DNA of 46,141 nucleotides. Source: Octopus bimaculoides (Eukaryota). The translations under genes were made by a program, and so were the position numbers. The notes below the pieces were generated by a model, which was not told where the DNA came from, searched no databases, and saw only the letters and a program-made list of their open reading frames with translations. The stretch covers positions 4,717,600 to 4,763,740 of the forward strand of contig NC_069001.1 in NCBI RefSeq assembly GCF_001194135.2, read 5' to 3'. Every line of letters starts with the position of its first letter. Positions within the stretch are counted from its first letter, which is position 1. Positions 1 through 11,410 of this stretch are shown one piece after another.

Positions 1-37
<37 letters not shown>

Positions 38-61
38 TTCACTCTAGTATGTGTGTATGCA

Positions 62-101
<40 letters not shown>

Positions 102-397
102 CATACACAAACATACACACACACACACATGCACAAACACACACACACACACACACTAGAGTGACTATACAGCGCAATCTGAGGAATAATTTTACACTCT
201 CATATTTCGTACATGTTAAGTGTTGCTTTGACTTGAGGCACGCACGAGTACCTTTACTGTAGCTTGAGATGAACATCGATCGAACCAGCCTCATTGCTAC
301 TTAAACAACCCATTACGATCCACATACCTATTTTCCCTAAGATACTGAGCAAAAGCAGTGTCAGACTGCCTCTCATGTTAACTCGTGATTTCCACAA

Positions 398-580
398 CAT
401 CATCATCATCGTTTAACGTCCGCTTTCCATGCTAGCATGGGTTGGACGATTTGACTGAGGACTGGTGAAACCGGATGGCAACACCAGGCTCCAGTCTGAT
501 TTGGCAGAGTTTCTACAGCTGGATGCCCTTCCTAACGCCAACCACTCAGAGAGTGTAGTGGGTGCTTTTACGTGTCACCC
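398..580 (-). mobile_element. 3' part of a SINE/non-autonomous retroposon with RTE-related body and (GAT)n tail
   Basis: Minus strand reads ...AGTGGTTGGCGTTAGGAAGGGCATCCAGCTGTAGAAA...CCCATGCTAGCATGGAAAGCGGACGTTAAAC(GAT)n. Homologous copies at ~1150-1290, 4063-4224, 10490-10605 and 23220-23420. Confidence 0.8.
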
Positions 581-824
581 ACAACAAAGCATATTATTAT
601 ATTGTCATCCCAAATAACACCAAGTCAGTTTAATTACGAGGAAACAAAGAAATAGAAAAAGTACAAACAGGAAAAAAAGGGATGGGGGTCAAATAAGGGA
701 GCAGAAGACAGAGTGGGATGGAGCAACAGGGTGCACACCCCAGCACAGATGACATGCTCTGCTACATCCTAGAGTCATGACCATGACAGCACGGCCGTGG
801 AGAATAGTCAGTGGTAGTCAGTCG

Positions 825-1075
825 TTTCATCTTGAGAGTCACATTTCCCAGACGAGTTGCTGAAATTCCAATTTTGCAGAGGAAATCAGTTGTTTGGGGT
901 ACAAGAAAACCTGTGGTCTTGATGGCACAAACTGGTTCCCATGGTGAGGCCCCTGTATTTATTCATTTTTCTCTCTCCTGCATTAAGGGTGGCGACACCT
1001 GGATTTGCAGCTGATATGGCAAAGTTAGACCTGGAGAAGGTGTCGCTACATGTCACATCCCAGATTGAAAACTCC
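825..1075 (-). pseudogene. Remnant C-terminal restriction-like endonuclease region of a CRE-like non-LTR retrotransposon
   Basis: Manual minus-strand translation gives WDVTCSDTFSRSNFAISAANPGVATLNAGERKMNKYRGL, then after a frameshift EPVCAIKTTGFLVPQTTDFLCKIG. This matches the WDxTxxDT...ExxKxxKYxxL...PxAxETxG pattern of RLE-type LINEs. Confidence 0.7.
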
Positions 1076-1149
1076 AGCTAAGTCACAAATATTTACTCAC
1101 AATCAACTTTTATTTTTTGTCTTGCCTCAATGTGATCAGAGAATTTCTC

Positions 1150-1290
1150 CTGCTTTCCATGCTGGCATGGGTTGGACAGTTTGACAAGCACTTGCAAGGC
1201 AGAAGACTTCACCAGGCTTCAGTGTCTGTTTTGGCAATGTTTTTACACTTGGATGCCCCTCCCAACACCAACCACCCCACAAAGCGTTTT
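1150..1290 (-). mobile_element. Degraded copy of the RTE-related SINE 3' part
   Basis: CTTTCCATGCTGGCATGGGTTGGAC...GGATGCCCCTCCCAACACCAACCAC aligns with 420-545. Confidence 0.7.
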
Positions 1291-1384
1291 AATTTGGTTA
1301 CTGTTATATTTTTAGGTTCCACCAATAATCTTTCATGAATATCATAAAGATAGTCTCTCACAGTTGGTAAAAATGCGAGTTTGT

Positions 1385-1500
1385 AAGGTGGCAAACTGGC
1401 AGAATAGTTAGCATGCCAGCAAAATACTTAGCGGAATTTTGTCTGTTTTCATGTTCTGGGTTCAAATTCTGCCAAGGTTAACTTTGCCTTTCAACATTTC
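1385..1500 (+). mobile_element. tRNA-derived SINE, family 2, 5' part
   Basis: GGTGGCAAACTGGCAGAATAGTTAGC...GGGTTCAAATTC carries A/B-box-like motifs. Homologous to 20285-20510 and 40900-41115. Confidence 0.7.
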
Positions 1501-1544
1501 AGTGCCAATATACACACAAAGATACACACACACACACACACATG

Positions 1545-1843
1545 TGATGGGCTTCTTCCAGTTTCCATCTACCAAATCAACTCACAAGGCTTTCGTCGGT
1601 CTGGGGCTAGAGTAGAAGATGCTTGCCCAAGGTACCATGCAATAGGACTGAACCCAGAACCATGTGGTTGGGAAGCAAATTCCTTACCACAGAGCCATGC
1701 CTGTTGTTTTGGGTCATTGAACTGTGGCCATGTTTTGGTCATTGAACTGTGGACCATGCTGGAGCACTACCAAACATATTGCCCTCTATACTTAATTTTT
1801 CAGGCTTGTACTTATTCTATAAGTCTCCTTTGTTGAACTGCTA
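1545..1843 (-). mobile_element. tRNA/CORE-like SINE, family 1: head (1545-1705) and 3' part of another copy (1715-1843)
   Basis: Reverse complement contains GGCTCTGTGGTAAG...GGTTCAGTCC...CCTTGGGCAAGCATCTT (B box and CORE-like motif) plus the CTCCAGCATGG..CACAGT 3' motif. Confidence 0.75.
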
Positions 1844-1860
1844 GGTTAAATATATATGTA

Positions 1861-1908
<48 letters not shown>

Positions 1909-2522
1909 NNNNNNNNNNNNNNNNNNNNNNNNNNNNNNNNNNNNNNNNNNNNNNNNNNNNNNNNNNNNNNNNNNNNNNNNNNNNNNNNNNNNNNNNNNNN
2001 NNNNNNNNNNNNNNNNNNNNNNNNNNNNNNNNNNNNNNNNNNNNNNNNNNNNNNNNNNNNNNNNNNNNNNNNNNNNNNNNNNNNNNNNNNNNNNNNNNNN
2101 NNNNNNNNNNNNNNNNNNNNNNNNNNNNNNNNCCCCCCCCCTCTCTTTCTCTCTCCCTCTCTCTCTCTCTAACACATACATACATACACTCACATACATA
2201 ATCAATTTCACACACATGGTACACACAGCTACACACACACACACACACGCGGAGTCGGCCTTTGTTTATGCCCTCTTTCTTTTTCTCTCTCATCCACCCT
2301 GTCTTTCTCTAACACACACACACACACACACACACATGCACACAACTGAAAGTAATTAGCATATGGTCCAATAACAACATTACACATCTGTCTGAGTGCA
2401 TGTAGAGTGTGTGTGTGTATGTGTGTGTGCGCGCGTGTGTGTGTGTGTGTGTGTGACTTGTTTCTATAATAGTGACCACAGAATAATAGACTTGCTACAG
2501 TTGGAAAGTGTTTGGGTTTGAC

Positions 2523-2545
2523 AAATAGTAGTAGTAGTGGTGGTG

Positions 2546-2587
<42 letters not shown>

Positions 2588-2682
2588 CTGGTGGTGGTGG
2601 TGGTTGTGGTGGCGGCAACAGCAGTAGTTGTAGTAATAAAAGCAGCAATAGTAGTAGTAATAATAGTATTAGTAGCAGCTGC

Positions 2683-2722
<40 letters not shown>

Positions 2723-2725
2723 TCA
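2523..2725. repeat. Compound (AGT)n/(GGT)n trinucleotide microsatellite
   Basis: Directly visible; source of the spurious poly-Ser/Gly/Val ORFs. Confidence 0.95.
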
Positions 2726-2817
2726 GAGGTGGTGGTTGCTGGGGCTTTTGTAGTAGAAGAATGAAATGGAGATTTATCAGGGCAGAAATTTATATATTAA
2801 AAGCAAAAAGCAAAATA

Positions 2818-2860
<43 letters not shown>

Positions 2861-3037
2861 AGAGTAACATGAAGCCTGACCACAAAAAATATATAAAAAT
2901 AATAAAAATAAATAAATAAATAAGATTGTGAGAAATGAAAATATATAAAAAAAACATAAATAGATGGCTATAAATAAAACGAATAAAAATAAATAAAACA
3001 TGTATATATATATGTGCATATATGTGTATACATGTAA

Positions 3038-3085
<48 letters not shown>

Positions 3086-3858
3086 NNNNNNNNNNNNNNN
3101 NNNNNNNNNNNNNNNNNNNNNNNNNNNNNNNNNNNNNNNNNNNNNNNNNNNNNNNNNNNNNNNNNNNNNNNNNNNNNNNNNNNNNNNNNNNNNNNNNNNN
3201 NNNNNNNNNNNNNNNNNNNNNNNNNNNNNNNNNNNNNNNNNNNNNNNNNNNNNNNNNNNNNNNNNNNNNNNNNNNNNNNNNNNNNNNNNNNNNNNNNNNN
3301 NNNNNNNNNNNNNNNNNNNNNNNNNNNNNNNNNNNNNNNNNNNNNNNNNNNNNNNNNNNNNNNNNNNNNNNNNNNNNNNNNNNNNNNNNNNNNNNNNNNN
3401 NNNNNNNNNNNNNNNNNNNNNNNNNNNNNNNNNNNNNNNNNNNNNNNNNNNNNNNNNNNNNNNNNNNNNNNNNNNNNNNNNNNNNNNNNNNNNNNNNNNN
3501 NNNNNNNNNNNNNNNNNNNNNNNNNNNNNNNNNNNNNNNNNNNNNNNNNNNNNNNNNNNNNNNNNNNNNNNNNNNNNNNNNNNNNNNNNNNNNNNNNNNN
3601 NNNNNNNNNNNNNNNNNNNNNNNNNNNNNNNNNNNNNNNNNNNNNNNNNNNNNNNNNNNNNNNNNNNNNNNNNNNNNNNNNNNNNNNNNNNNNNNNNNNN
3701 NNNNNNNNNNNNNNNNNNNNNNNNNNNNNNNNNNNNNNNNNNNNNNNNNNNNNNNNNNNNNNNNNNNNNNNNNNNNNNNNNNNNNNNNNNNNNNNNNNNN
3801 NNNNNNNNNNNNNNNNNNNNNNNNNNNNNNNNNNNNNNNNNNNNNNNNNNNNNNNNNN

Positions 3859-3898
<40 letters not shown>

Positions 3899-3901
<3 letters not shown>

Positions 3902-3960
3902 GTGCAGGAGTGGGTGGGTCATAAGAAGCTTGTTTCCCAAGCACATGGTTGTGGGTTCAG
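3899..3960 (+). mobile_element. SINE family 1 head, truncated
   Basis: GGTGCAGGAGTGG...CACATGGTTGTGGGTTCAG matches the heads at 6595 and 7465. Confidence 0.65.
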
Positions 3961-4062
3961 TATGGATTATAGGTCTGTTGGATGAGGATTGACCTAGGGC
4001 TAAACATGAATGACATCAACAACAAGAATAATTATATAATGGCCCTTCATCGTTAGTGATTA

Positions 4063-4224
4063 TCTGCCAGTGACATGTAAAAAAGCCCCCCAGTCCACTC
4101 TGTAAAGTGGTTGACATTAGGAAGGGCATTGGACCATAGAAAGCAGGCCTAGAACGGACAATTGGAGCCTGGTGAAGATCACCAGCTGGTCAGCCCATGC
4201 CAGCATGGAGAAACAGACGTTAAA
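4063..4224 (+). mobile_element. RTE-related SINE 3' part inserted in the array
   Basis: GTGGTTGACATTAGGAAGGGCATT...CCCATGCCAGCATGGAGAAACAGACGTTAA followed by a (GAT)n tail. Confidence 0.75.
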
Positions 4225-4350
4225 TGATGATGATGATGATGACGATGATGACGATGACGACGATGACGACGACGACGACGACGACGACGACGATGAAGAA
4301 GAAGAAGCAGAAGAAGAGGAAGAAGAAGAAGAAGGAGGAGGAGGAGGAGG
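4224..4350. repeat. Compound (GAT)n-(GAC)n-(GAA)n-(GGA)n microsatellite
   Basis: Directly visible; continues from the SINE tail. Confidence 0.95.
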
Positions 4351-5707
4351 AAAGACAAGATGGTCCTGGCTAGAGCAGTATCGATCATAGGTCTGCTGGA
4401 TCAGGACTGACCACGGGCTATAAACATGAACAACAACAACAATTATAGTACATCAATAGTGAATACTAAGGCCATCACATTATATAATGGAATCCTAGGT
4501 ACATTAAGGCCGAATAAAAGACAGGATATTTCTCGCTAGAGCAATATTGATTATAGATCCGTCGGATCAGCATTGATCTGGGGACTAAACATGTAAAACA
4601 ACAATAACACCAATTATAAGTCTATTGGTACTGATTATAATCTACCACATAATATGATGTAGTCCAAGGTACATAGTGTCAGAATAAAAGATTAAGATAG
4701 TCACAGCTAGGGCAGTATTGATTATAGGTCTGCTGGATCAGGACCGACCTAGGGCTAAACAAAGTCCAACGATGATAATTATTATGGCCATAACATTACA
4801 TAATGTAGTCCTAGATACATTATGACTGAATGAAGGACAGGATGGATGCAGTGAGAGTTGCATTGATTATTTGTCTGCTCAGAAGCTGAACAAAAATAAA
4901 AGATACTTTGCGTGTGTGTGTTTGTGAGTGTGTATATGTGTGTGTTTGTGAGTGTGTGTATGAGTGTGTATGTGTGTGTGTACGCAAGTACGTATCCATG
5001 TGGGTGTGCATGTGCGAGTGTGTGTATGTGTGTGTGTGTGTGTTTGTGCACGCAAGCATGTGTCCGTGTGTGTGTGTGTCAGTGTGTCTTTGTGTGTATG
5101 TTTGATGAGCTGCTAGTGAATTGATTGGTGGAGTTNNNNNNNNNNNNNNNNNNNNNNNNNNNNNNNNNNNNNNNNNNNNNNNNNNNNNNNNNNNNNNNNN
5201 NNNNNNNNNNNNNNNNNNNNNNNNNNNNNNNNNNNNNNNNNNNNNNNNNNNNNNNNNNNNNNNNNNNNNNNNNNNNNNNNNNNNNNNNNNNNNNNNNNNN
5301 NNNNNNNNNNNNNNNNNNNNNNNNNNNNNNNNNNNNNNNNNNNNNNNNNNNNNNNNNNNNNNNNNNNNNNNNNNNNNNNNNNNNNNNNNNNNNNNNNNNN
5401 NNNNNNNNNNNNNNNNNNNNNNNNNNNNNNNNNNNNNNNNNNNNNNNNNNNNNNNNNNNNNNNNNNNNNNNNNNNNNNNNNNNNNNNNNNNNNNNNNNNN
5501 NNNNNNNNNNNNNNNNNNNNNNNNNNNNNNNNNNNNNNNNNNNNNNNNNNNNNNNNNNNNNNNNNNNNNNNNNNNNNNNNNNNNNNNNNNNNNNNNNNNN
5601 NNNNNNNNNNNNNNNNNNNNNNNNNNNNNNNNNNNNNNNNNNNNNNNNNNNNNNNNNNNNNNNNNNNNNNNNNNNNNNNNNNNNNNNNNNNNNNNNNNNN
5701 NNNNNNN

Positions 5708-5748
<41 letters not shown>

Positions 5749-5754
5749 ATGTGT

Positions 5755-5975
5755 GTATATGTTTGTGTGTCTGTGTTTGTCTCCCCAACATCGCTTGACA
5801 ACTGATGCTGGTGTGTTTACGTCCCCGTAACGTAGCGGTTAGGCAAAAGAGACCGATGGAATAAGTACAAGGCTTACACAGAATAAGCTATGGGGTCGAT
5901 TTGCTTGACTAAAGTTGGTGCTCCAGCATGGCCACAGTCAAATGACTGAAACAAGTAAAAGATAAAAGAAAAAAA
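5755..5975 (+). mobile_element. SINE family 1, 3' part
   Basis: CATCGCTTGACAACTGATGCTGGTGTGTTTACGTCCCCGTAAC...GCTCCAGCATGGCCACAGTCAAATGACTGAAACAAGTAAAAGA. Homologous to 12345-12565 (+), 6765-6945 (-) and 16110-16200 (-). Confidence 0.8.
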
Positions 5976-5989
5976 AATAATCATCATTT

Positions 5990-6244
5990 CATTTGACAGA
6001 GTTAATCTGAATGCTAGAGGGTTTAGCATTTAAACCAGCCTTATTAGGGTCAAATATTCTACCTTGGTTTATGATCAAAACAGTCTGATCCAGCCTCTCA
6101 CACTTGCCCTACAATGTCACCCCAAAAATTAACAATCACATCATTGAAATCGCAAAACTACGAAACAATGCATTATTAATTCAAAACAATGTGGAACAAA
6201 TAAGCATTACATTTCACAGAATAATCTGAAAGCCAAGGGGTTAA
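5990..6244 (+). mobile_element. piggyBac-like MITE (~220 bp) preceded by the end of a second copy
   Basis: Termini TTTAGCATT...AAGCCAAGGGG|TTAA are a degenerate version of an inferred CCCTTTAGCATT/AATGCTAAAGGG TIR ending at TTAA. The body aligns with 10943-11347. Confidence 0.65.
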
Positions 6245-6594
6245 ACCAAGACCAAAGAATGAACTCTCCTGAAAGCATAAATTTGATTTGCAGGAAAAGA
6301 AAGAAGAGAAAAAAGTATATTACACCAAATATATAATATAATAAAAAACAAAACACCGAAAACATAAACAAACAAACGATGCAAATCCGATATTTTTGCT
6401 TGATTTAAATTACTCCACCTTGTTCTGGTATGGAAGACAGAGGCGATAAAACTGGCTGTTGCTCACAGAACTTGTGAGAGAACATATATTCAATTAAATG
6501 AACACCAATATATGATTGGTTCTAGGTGTATTGATCTCTCTAAAATCGAAACCAATCTCGTCAGTATTTGACCTCAGGATGTTGTTGTTGCTGT

Positions 6595-6745
6595 TGTTGT
6601 TTTGTCTAACAAGCTTACTTCCCAACCACATGGTTCTGGGTTCAGTCTCGGGTTGTGGTACCTTGGGCAAGTGCCTTCCACTACAGCCCTTGGTTGACCA
6701 ATGCATTGTGACTTAATTTTGCAGATGGAAACTGTGTGGAAGCCG
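6595..6745 (+). mobile_element. SINE family 1 head
   Basis: CCCAACCACATGGTTCTGGGTTCAGTCTC...CCTTGGGCAAGTGCCTT. Confidence 0.75.
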
Positions 6746-6764
6746 ATAGTATATGCTTCTTTTA

Positions 6765-6945
6765 TCATTTGCTTGTTTCAGTGATTAGACTGTGACCATG
6801 CTGGAGCATCATCTGAAAGAGTTTTGTCACACAAATCAACGCCAGTACTTATTCTATCCAGTAACTCTTTTTTTGTCGTATGGCAAAGTTGGAGGGATGT
6901 AAACAAACCAACAATGGTTGTCAAATAGTGGTGGGGGGCCAAACA
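6765..6945 (-). mobile_element. SINE family 1, 3' part, inverted
   Basis: GCTTGTTTCAGTGATTAGACTGTGACCATGCTGGAGCA is the reverse complement of the 3' motif at 5920-5955. Confidence 0.7.
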
Positions 6946-7405
6946 CAAAGACACACACACACAAAAAAAACATAGACTCAAAGAATACACACCAATCAAC
7001 ACTACAGTAAAAAAACCGAAACAAAACAGCTTCATCAGCAACGCAGGCACACCACTGAAGACTGGGTCTTGGGAATTGCTTGCTCCGCATTCCTCCATAT
7101 TCCTCAAGCGAAAAGCACAAACCTCTTGTTAATCCTCTCTCCAGCATATAAAAACAAAAACCAAAAACTAAAAAAACTAAAAAAACAAATACAAAGAAGA
7201 TGTTGCAAGTGAGAGATGTCAACGACCTAAACGCATCGATAAAGTATAGAAATACACAATACTGCAGGTGTATGGTGTTACAATGTGTGCAGCACCAGTA
7301 CAGCTTATTGCTGTTGCACCAAACTGTACTATAGCATAACCGTAAGAGGGGCGTGTGTGTGTGCCTGTGTGTATATATATATATGTGTGTGTGTGTATGT
7401 ATATG

Positions 7406-7444
<39 letters not shown>

Positions 7445-7464
7445 ATGTATATATATGTATATAT

Positions 7465-7628
7465 AGGCATAGACGTGGCTGTGTGGTAAGAAGCTTGTTT
7501 CCCAACCACATGGTCATGGGTTCAGTCCCACTGCGTAGCACCTTGGGTGAGTGTCTTCTACTATTAGCCTAAGGCCAACCAAAGCCTTGTGAGTGGATTT
7601 GGTAGAAGGAAACTAAAAGAAGCCCATC

Positions 7629-7630
<2 letters not shown>
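7465..7630 (+). mobile_element. SINE family 1 head
   Basis: GGCATAGACGTGGCTGTGTGGTAAG (A box) ... GGTTCAGTCCC (B box) ... CCTTGGGTGAGTGTCTTCTACTATTAGCC, running into (TA)n. Confidence 0.85.
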
Positions 7631-7668
<38 letters not shown>

Positions 7669-8057
7669 NNNNNNNNNNNNNNNNNNNNNNNNNNNNNNNN
7701 NNNNNNNNNNNNNNNNNNNNNNNNNNNNNNNNNNNNNNNNNNNNNNNNNNNNNNNNNNNNNNNNNNNNNNNNNNNNNNNNNNNNNNNNNNNNNNNNNNNN
7801 NNNNNNNNNNNNNNNNNNNNNNNNNNNNNNNNNNNNNNNNNNNNNNNNNNNNNNNNNNNNNNNNNNNNNNNNNNNNNNNNNNNNNNNNNNNNNNNNNNNN
7901 NNNNNNNNNNNNNNNNNNNNNNNNNNNNNNNNNNNNNNNNNNNNNNNNNNNNNNNNNNNNNNNNNNNNNNNNNNNNNNNNNNNNNNNNNNNNNNNNNNNN
8001 NNNNNNNNNNNNNNNNNNNNNNNNNNNNNNNNNNNNNNNNNNNNNNNNNNNNTAATC

Positions 8058-8100
<43 letters not shown>

Positions 8101-8400
8101 GACCTTGTAAGATATAATCTTTATCTTACTAAAATTGACTCGAAACCATGGTACAGAATATAGATTGGTAAAAGTTTTTATTTTTCATTTCCTTTCGAAA
8201 TTATCCCTAACTTTTGTGGTATGTAGTATTTTTGCTGCTATTTCTAGCGAGTAGATGTCCTATTATAGGCGTCTCTGCATTTCTAATGAATATATATATA
8301 TATATATGTATGTATGCATGAATGTATATATGTTGTACGATTGTTGTATGTATCTATGTATACAGGTATGCATGAATTTATGTACGTATGGATGGATATA

Positions 8401-8622
8401 CAAGAGGGTGCTGGGAAGTTCCTGGCTTTGGGTAGAAGAAAATTCAGGAGGATCAGTTAATTATGATTTTATACAACATATTCCCCTCTCAGATTCACAC
8501 CCTTATTGCAGCAATCCTTCAGTTTTTTTTTCTAAGCCCTATAAAAGAACTGAGAAAGTTGGGCCTCCAACCTGACCTTTTGTGACTCCCTTAAAGCCAG
8601 GAACTTTCCAGCAGCCCATTGT
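8401..8622 (+). mobile_element. Mariner-type MITE (~220 bp)
   Basis: Inverted termini GAGGGTGCTGGGAAGTTCCTGGCTTT / AAAGCCAGGAACTTTCCAGCAGCCC in TA context. Same family at 22312, 24355 and 32407. Confidence 0.8.
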
Positions 8623-9744
8623 GTATATGTATAGTTCAATATCATAGACAGGTGAAGATTCTAGTATGTGTGTGCACACGCACGCACACACACATACATA
8701 TATTTACATATACATATGTGTATGAGTGCATGTGGAGGTAATATATTTACATATGCATATATATATATATGCATACATATGTATACAGACACATACACGT
8801 ATGTATGTATGTACGTATGACTATTTCAACTATGAAATACTACATTTGTTTGCCTTGTTACTATAACATAGTAAACTAACTACTACTACTACTACTACTA
8901 CTACTACAATGGCTACTACCACCAGCAGCACCATTACTAATCAAACTTTATAATATAGTAAAGTATTACAACCACCACCACCACCACCAACACCATCAAC
9001 AACAGCAACACTGTTTCTTTTACAACCATCCTAAACACTAATACTACTACTACTACAATGGCTATTACTTACTACTACTATGGTGACTGGTACCACTGCT
9101 ATTACCACTATAACCACAGTCATAACTACTATCACTGTTACCATCACCCACCACCACCACCACCACCACCACCACCAACAACAACAACAGCATATAAACC
9201 ACACCTCTCCTATCTACCATTCCAACAACAACACGAACATATGCAGCTGTCTTCTCTCTTCTGCAAAAAAACCACCACCACCACCACCACTACCATAAGC
9301 ACCACCACTACCATTACCACCACCACTACCACAACCACCATCACCACCACCACCTGCATATTCATTCTCCTCACACCTCTCTCCTATTAATTTATAAGGA
9401 ATAAGACACCTTAGCACTAAATGACCTTGACGTACCAATCCTTGTTTACAGACACCAATAGGGCTGCACACACTTCTGTATCATATAATTTAATGAGTTG
9501 AAATAAAAAAAAAAAAAAAAAGCAAAACTTTGAATAACTGAGATTATCCACGCAATTAGCAGATAAAATCTCCCTCCCTTCATGAACGGAATTCAAATCT
9601 GAAAAGATCAAAAAAAGGGACATAATTCCAATAACACTGAATGAAGGGAGACTTTTGAACAATACAGATGTAATACAATATACTATTGTATATACACAGA
9701 AATATATATATATATACATATATATATATGTATGAATATATGTG

Positions 9745-10036
9745 CTGTTTGTTCCTTCTCGAGCCATGCCTGGCTGATAAAGGCTGGTTTCCCAGTTTCG
9801 TTGGCGTATAGGTTCCCCACCTGGATGGGACGCTAGTCCCTCACAGGTGAGCTGTTAGATGCAGGAGGAAAGAGTGAGGGAACGCTGTGGCGCAAGGGTC
9901 AGTAGAAGTTTGCCATTACCTTCTGCCGGAGTCGCATGGAGCTTTAAGGTGTTTCTGCTCATAAACACACACATCACCCAGTCTGAGATTCGAACCTGGG
10001 AGCCTACTGCTCTAGCCACTAGACCATGTGCCTCCA
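9745..10036 (-). mobile_element. tRNA-derived SINE, family 3, near full length
   Basis: Minus strand: TGGAGGCACATGGTCTAGTGG (A box) ... GGTTCGAATC (B box), GC-rich body, ending GGCTCGAGAAGGAACAAAC. Confidence 0.8.
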
Positions 10037-10072
10037 CACACACACACACACACACACTCACTCACTTTATTC

Positions 10073-10182
10073 TGTGGTTGATTTCCTTGTCAGTCAATGA
10101 CCCAAGATACCATAGTGGTTTTGCGCCATCGCGAAACCACTATGATATCGTGGGTCAGTGACTGATGAGGAAATTAGCTGCA
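10073..10182 (+). other. Long hairpin / inverted repeat
   Basis: 10081-10125 pairs with 10130-10174: 45 positions with 39 Watson-Crick pairs, 3 G:U and 3 mismatches, no bulges, loop CCAT. Eight further outer pairs, four of them G:U. Confidence 0.9.
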
Positions 10183-10294
10183 ATTATTCCATGTATCATA
10201 TTTTTGTCTAAATTTCACATCCGTTAAGTTTTCATCTAGTTTTTCCATTTGCTCTGCTTCCGTCTAACTTTTCTCCTTGTGGTCTTTCTGTTTT

Positions 10295-10428
10295 GCTTCC
10301 CAGCCCCATGGGTTCTGGGTTCAGTCCCATTGTGTGGAACCTTGGACAAGTGTCTTCTATTATAACCTTGGGCCGACCAAAGCCTTGTGAGTGGATTTGG
10401 TAGACAGAAACTGAGAGAAGCCCACTGT
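10295..10428 (+). mobile_element. SINE family 1 head
   Basis: GGGTTCAGTCCC...CCTTGGACAAGTGTCTTCTATTATAACC...GAAGCCC. Confidence 0.8.
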
Positions 10429-10703
10429 ATATAGATATATATATATCTATCTATAAATGTGTGTGTGTGTGTATACTCACACACAGTATAGCTGTAAAAA
10501 CCTTGCCAAAGTAGATATTAGAGCTCAATGCCTTGGATACACTGGATCCTGTCAAACCGTCCAACATGGAGCATGGATGTCAAATGATGATTACGATGAT
10601 GATGATATATGATATGATTGTAAGATAGAAATTTAAATGTAATAAAATGTTTTAAAAGAAATTTAAAATGCCTATGTGACAACTGTAAACCTACTTTTAG
10701 GCC

Positions 10704-10762
<59 letters not shown>

Positions 10763-10763
10763 T

Positions 10764-10797
<34 letters not shown>

Positions 10798-10942
10798 TGC
10801 AGACATGTGTTTTGATACCTTTACATTACCCCATCGTCCCTTCTTCTTACTCAGTCTAAAGCAACCCCGCGTATGTAGGAGCAACAGATGTCTATCCCAT
10901 ACTTTACTAACCCACTTCCTCACGCTTCATAATGCCAGGATA

Positions 10943-11347
10943 TTAACCCATAAGCATTTAAAGTGGCCACATCCAACTAAAATATTCTACCTGTTTAATT
11001 TGCAAACCAGCCAAATCTGGTCTCTCACACCATCCCTGCACTGTCATTCTAAAAATAAACAATCAAATCATCAATTTCTCAAAATCCACAAAAAACAAAA
11101 ATTTCTGAATGAATACACATTACATTTGACAGGGTAATCCGAATGCTAAATTTATATCCCTTCTAATATCCAAAACTGACCATATCCGGCCCAAAAATTT
11201 CTACCAGCTTTATGTTCAAATTGAGACAGATCAGGCCTCTCACCCCTACCCTGCAATGTCATTCAAAAAGTAAACAATCACATCATTGGAATATCAAAAC
11301 AATGTGAATAAACAAGCATTACATTTGACAGAAGAATCTTAATTAAG
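10943..11347 (+). mobile_element. Tandem dimer of the piggyBac-like MITE
   Basis: TTAA|CCCATAAGCATT start; first copy ends AATGCTAAA at ~11150; the second copy repeats the same body. Homologous to 5990-6244. Confidence 0.65.
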
Positions 11348-11410
11348 GGACTGCCTGTGATGTTCTGGGATCTCATACAACCCTTCCTTTCACTCTCAGG
11401 TACTGACAGG

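Larger units (their letters stand above)
3961..4855 (+). repeat. Degenerate head-to-tail array of a ~170-bp unit with AAC-rich tails
   Basis: The motif GCAGTATTGATTATAGGTCTGCTGGATCAGG..GACCTAGGGCTAAACA recurs at ~3961, 4375, 4541 and 4712 (spacings of 166 and 171 bp for the last three), with a partial unit at 4786-4855. Confidence 0.85.

Noticed and set aside
3961-4855. CRISPR-like reading of the repeated motif
   Set aside because: The intervening sequences are homologous to each other rather than unique spacers, the context is eukaryotic, and there are no cas genes.
10162-10173. CTGATGAGGAAA hammerhead-like string
   Set aside because: No room for helix II; it is part of the hairpin arm.
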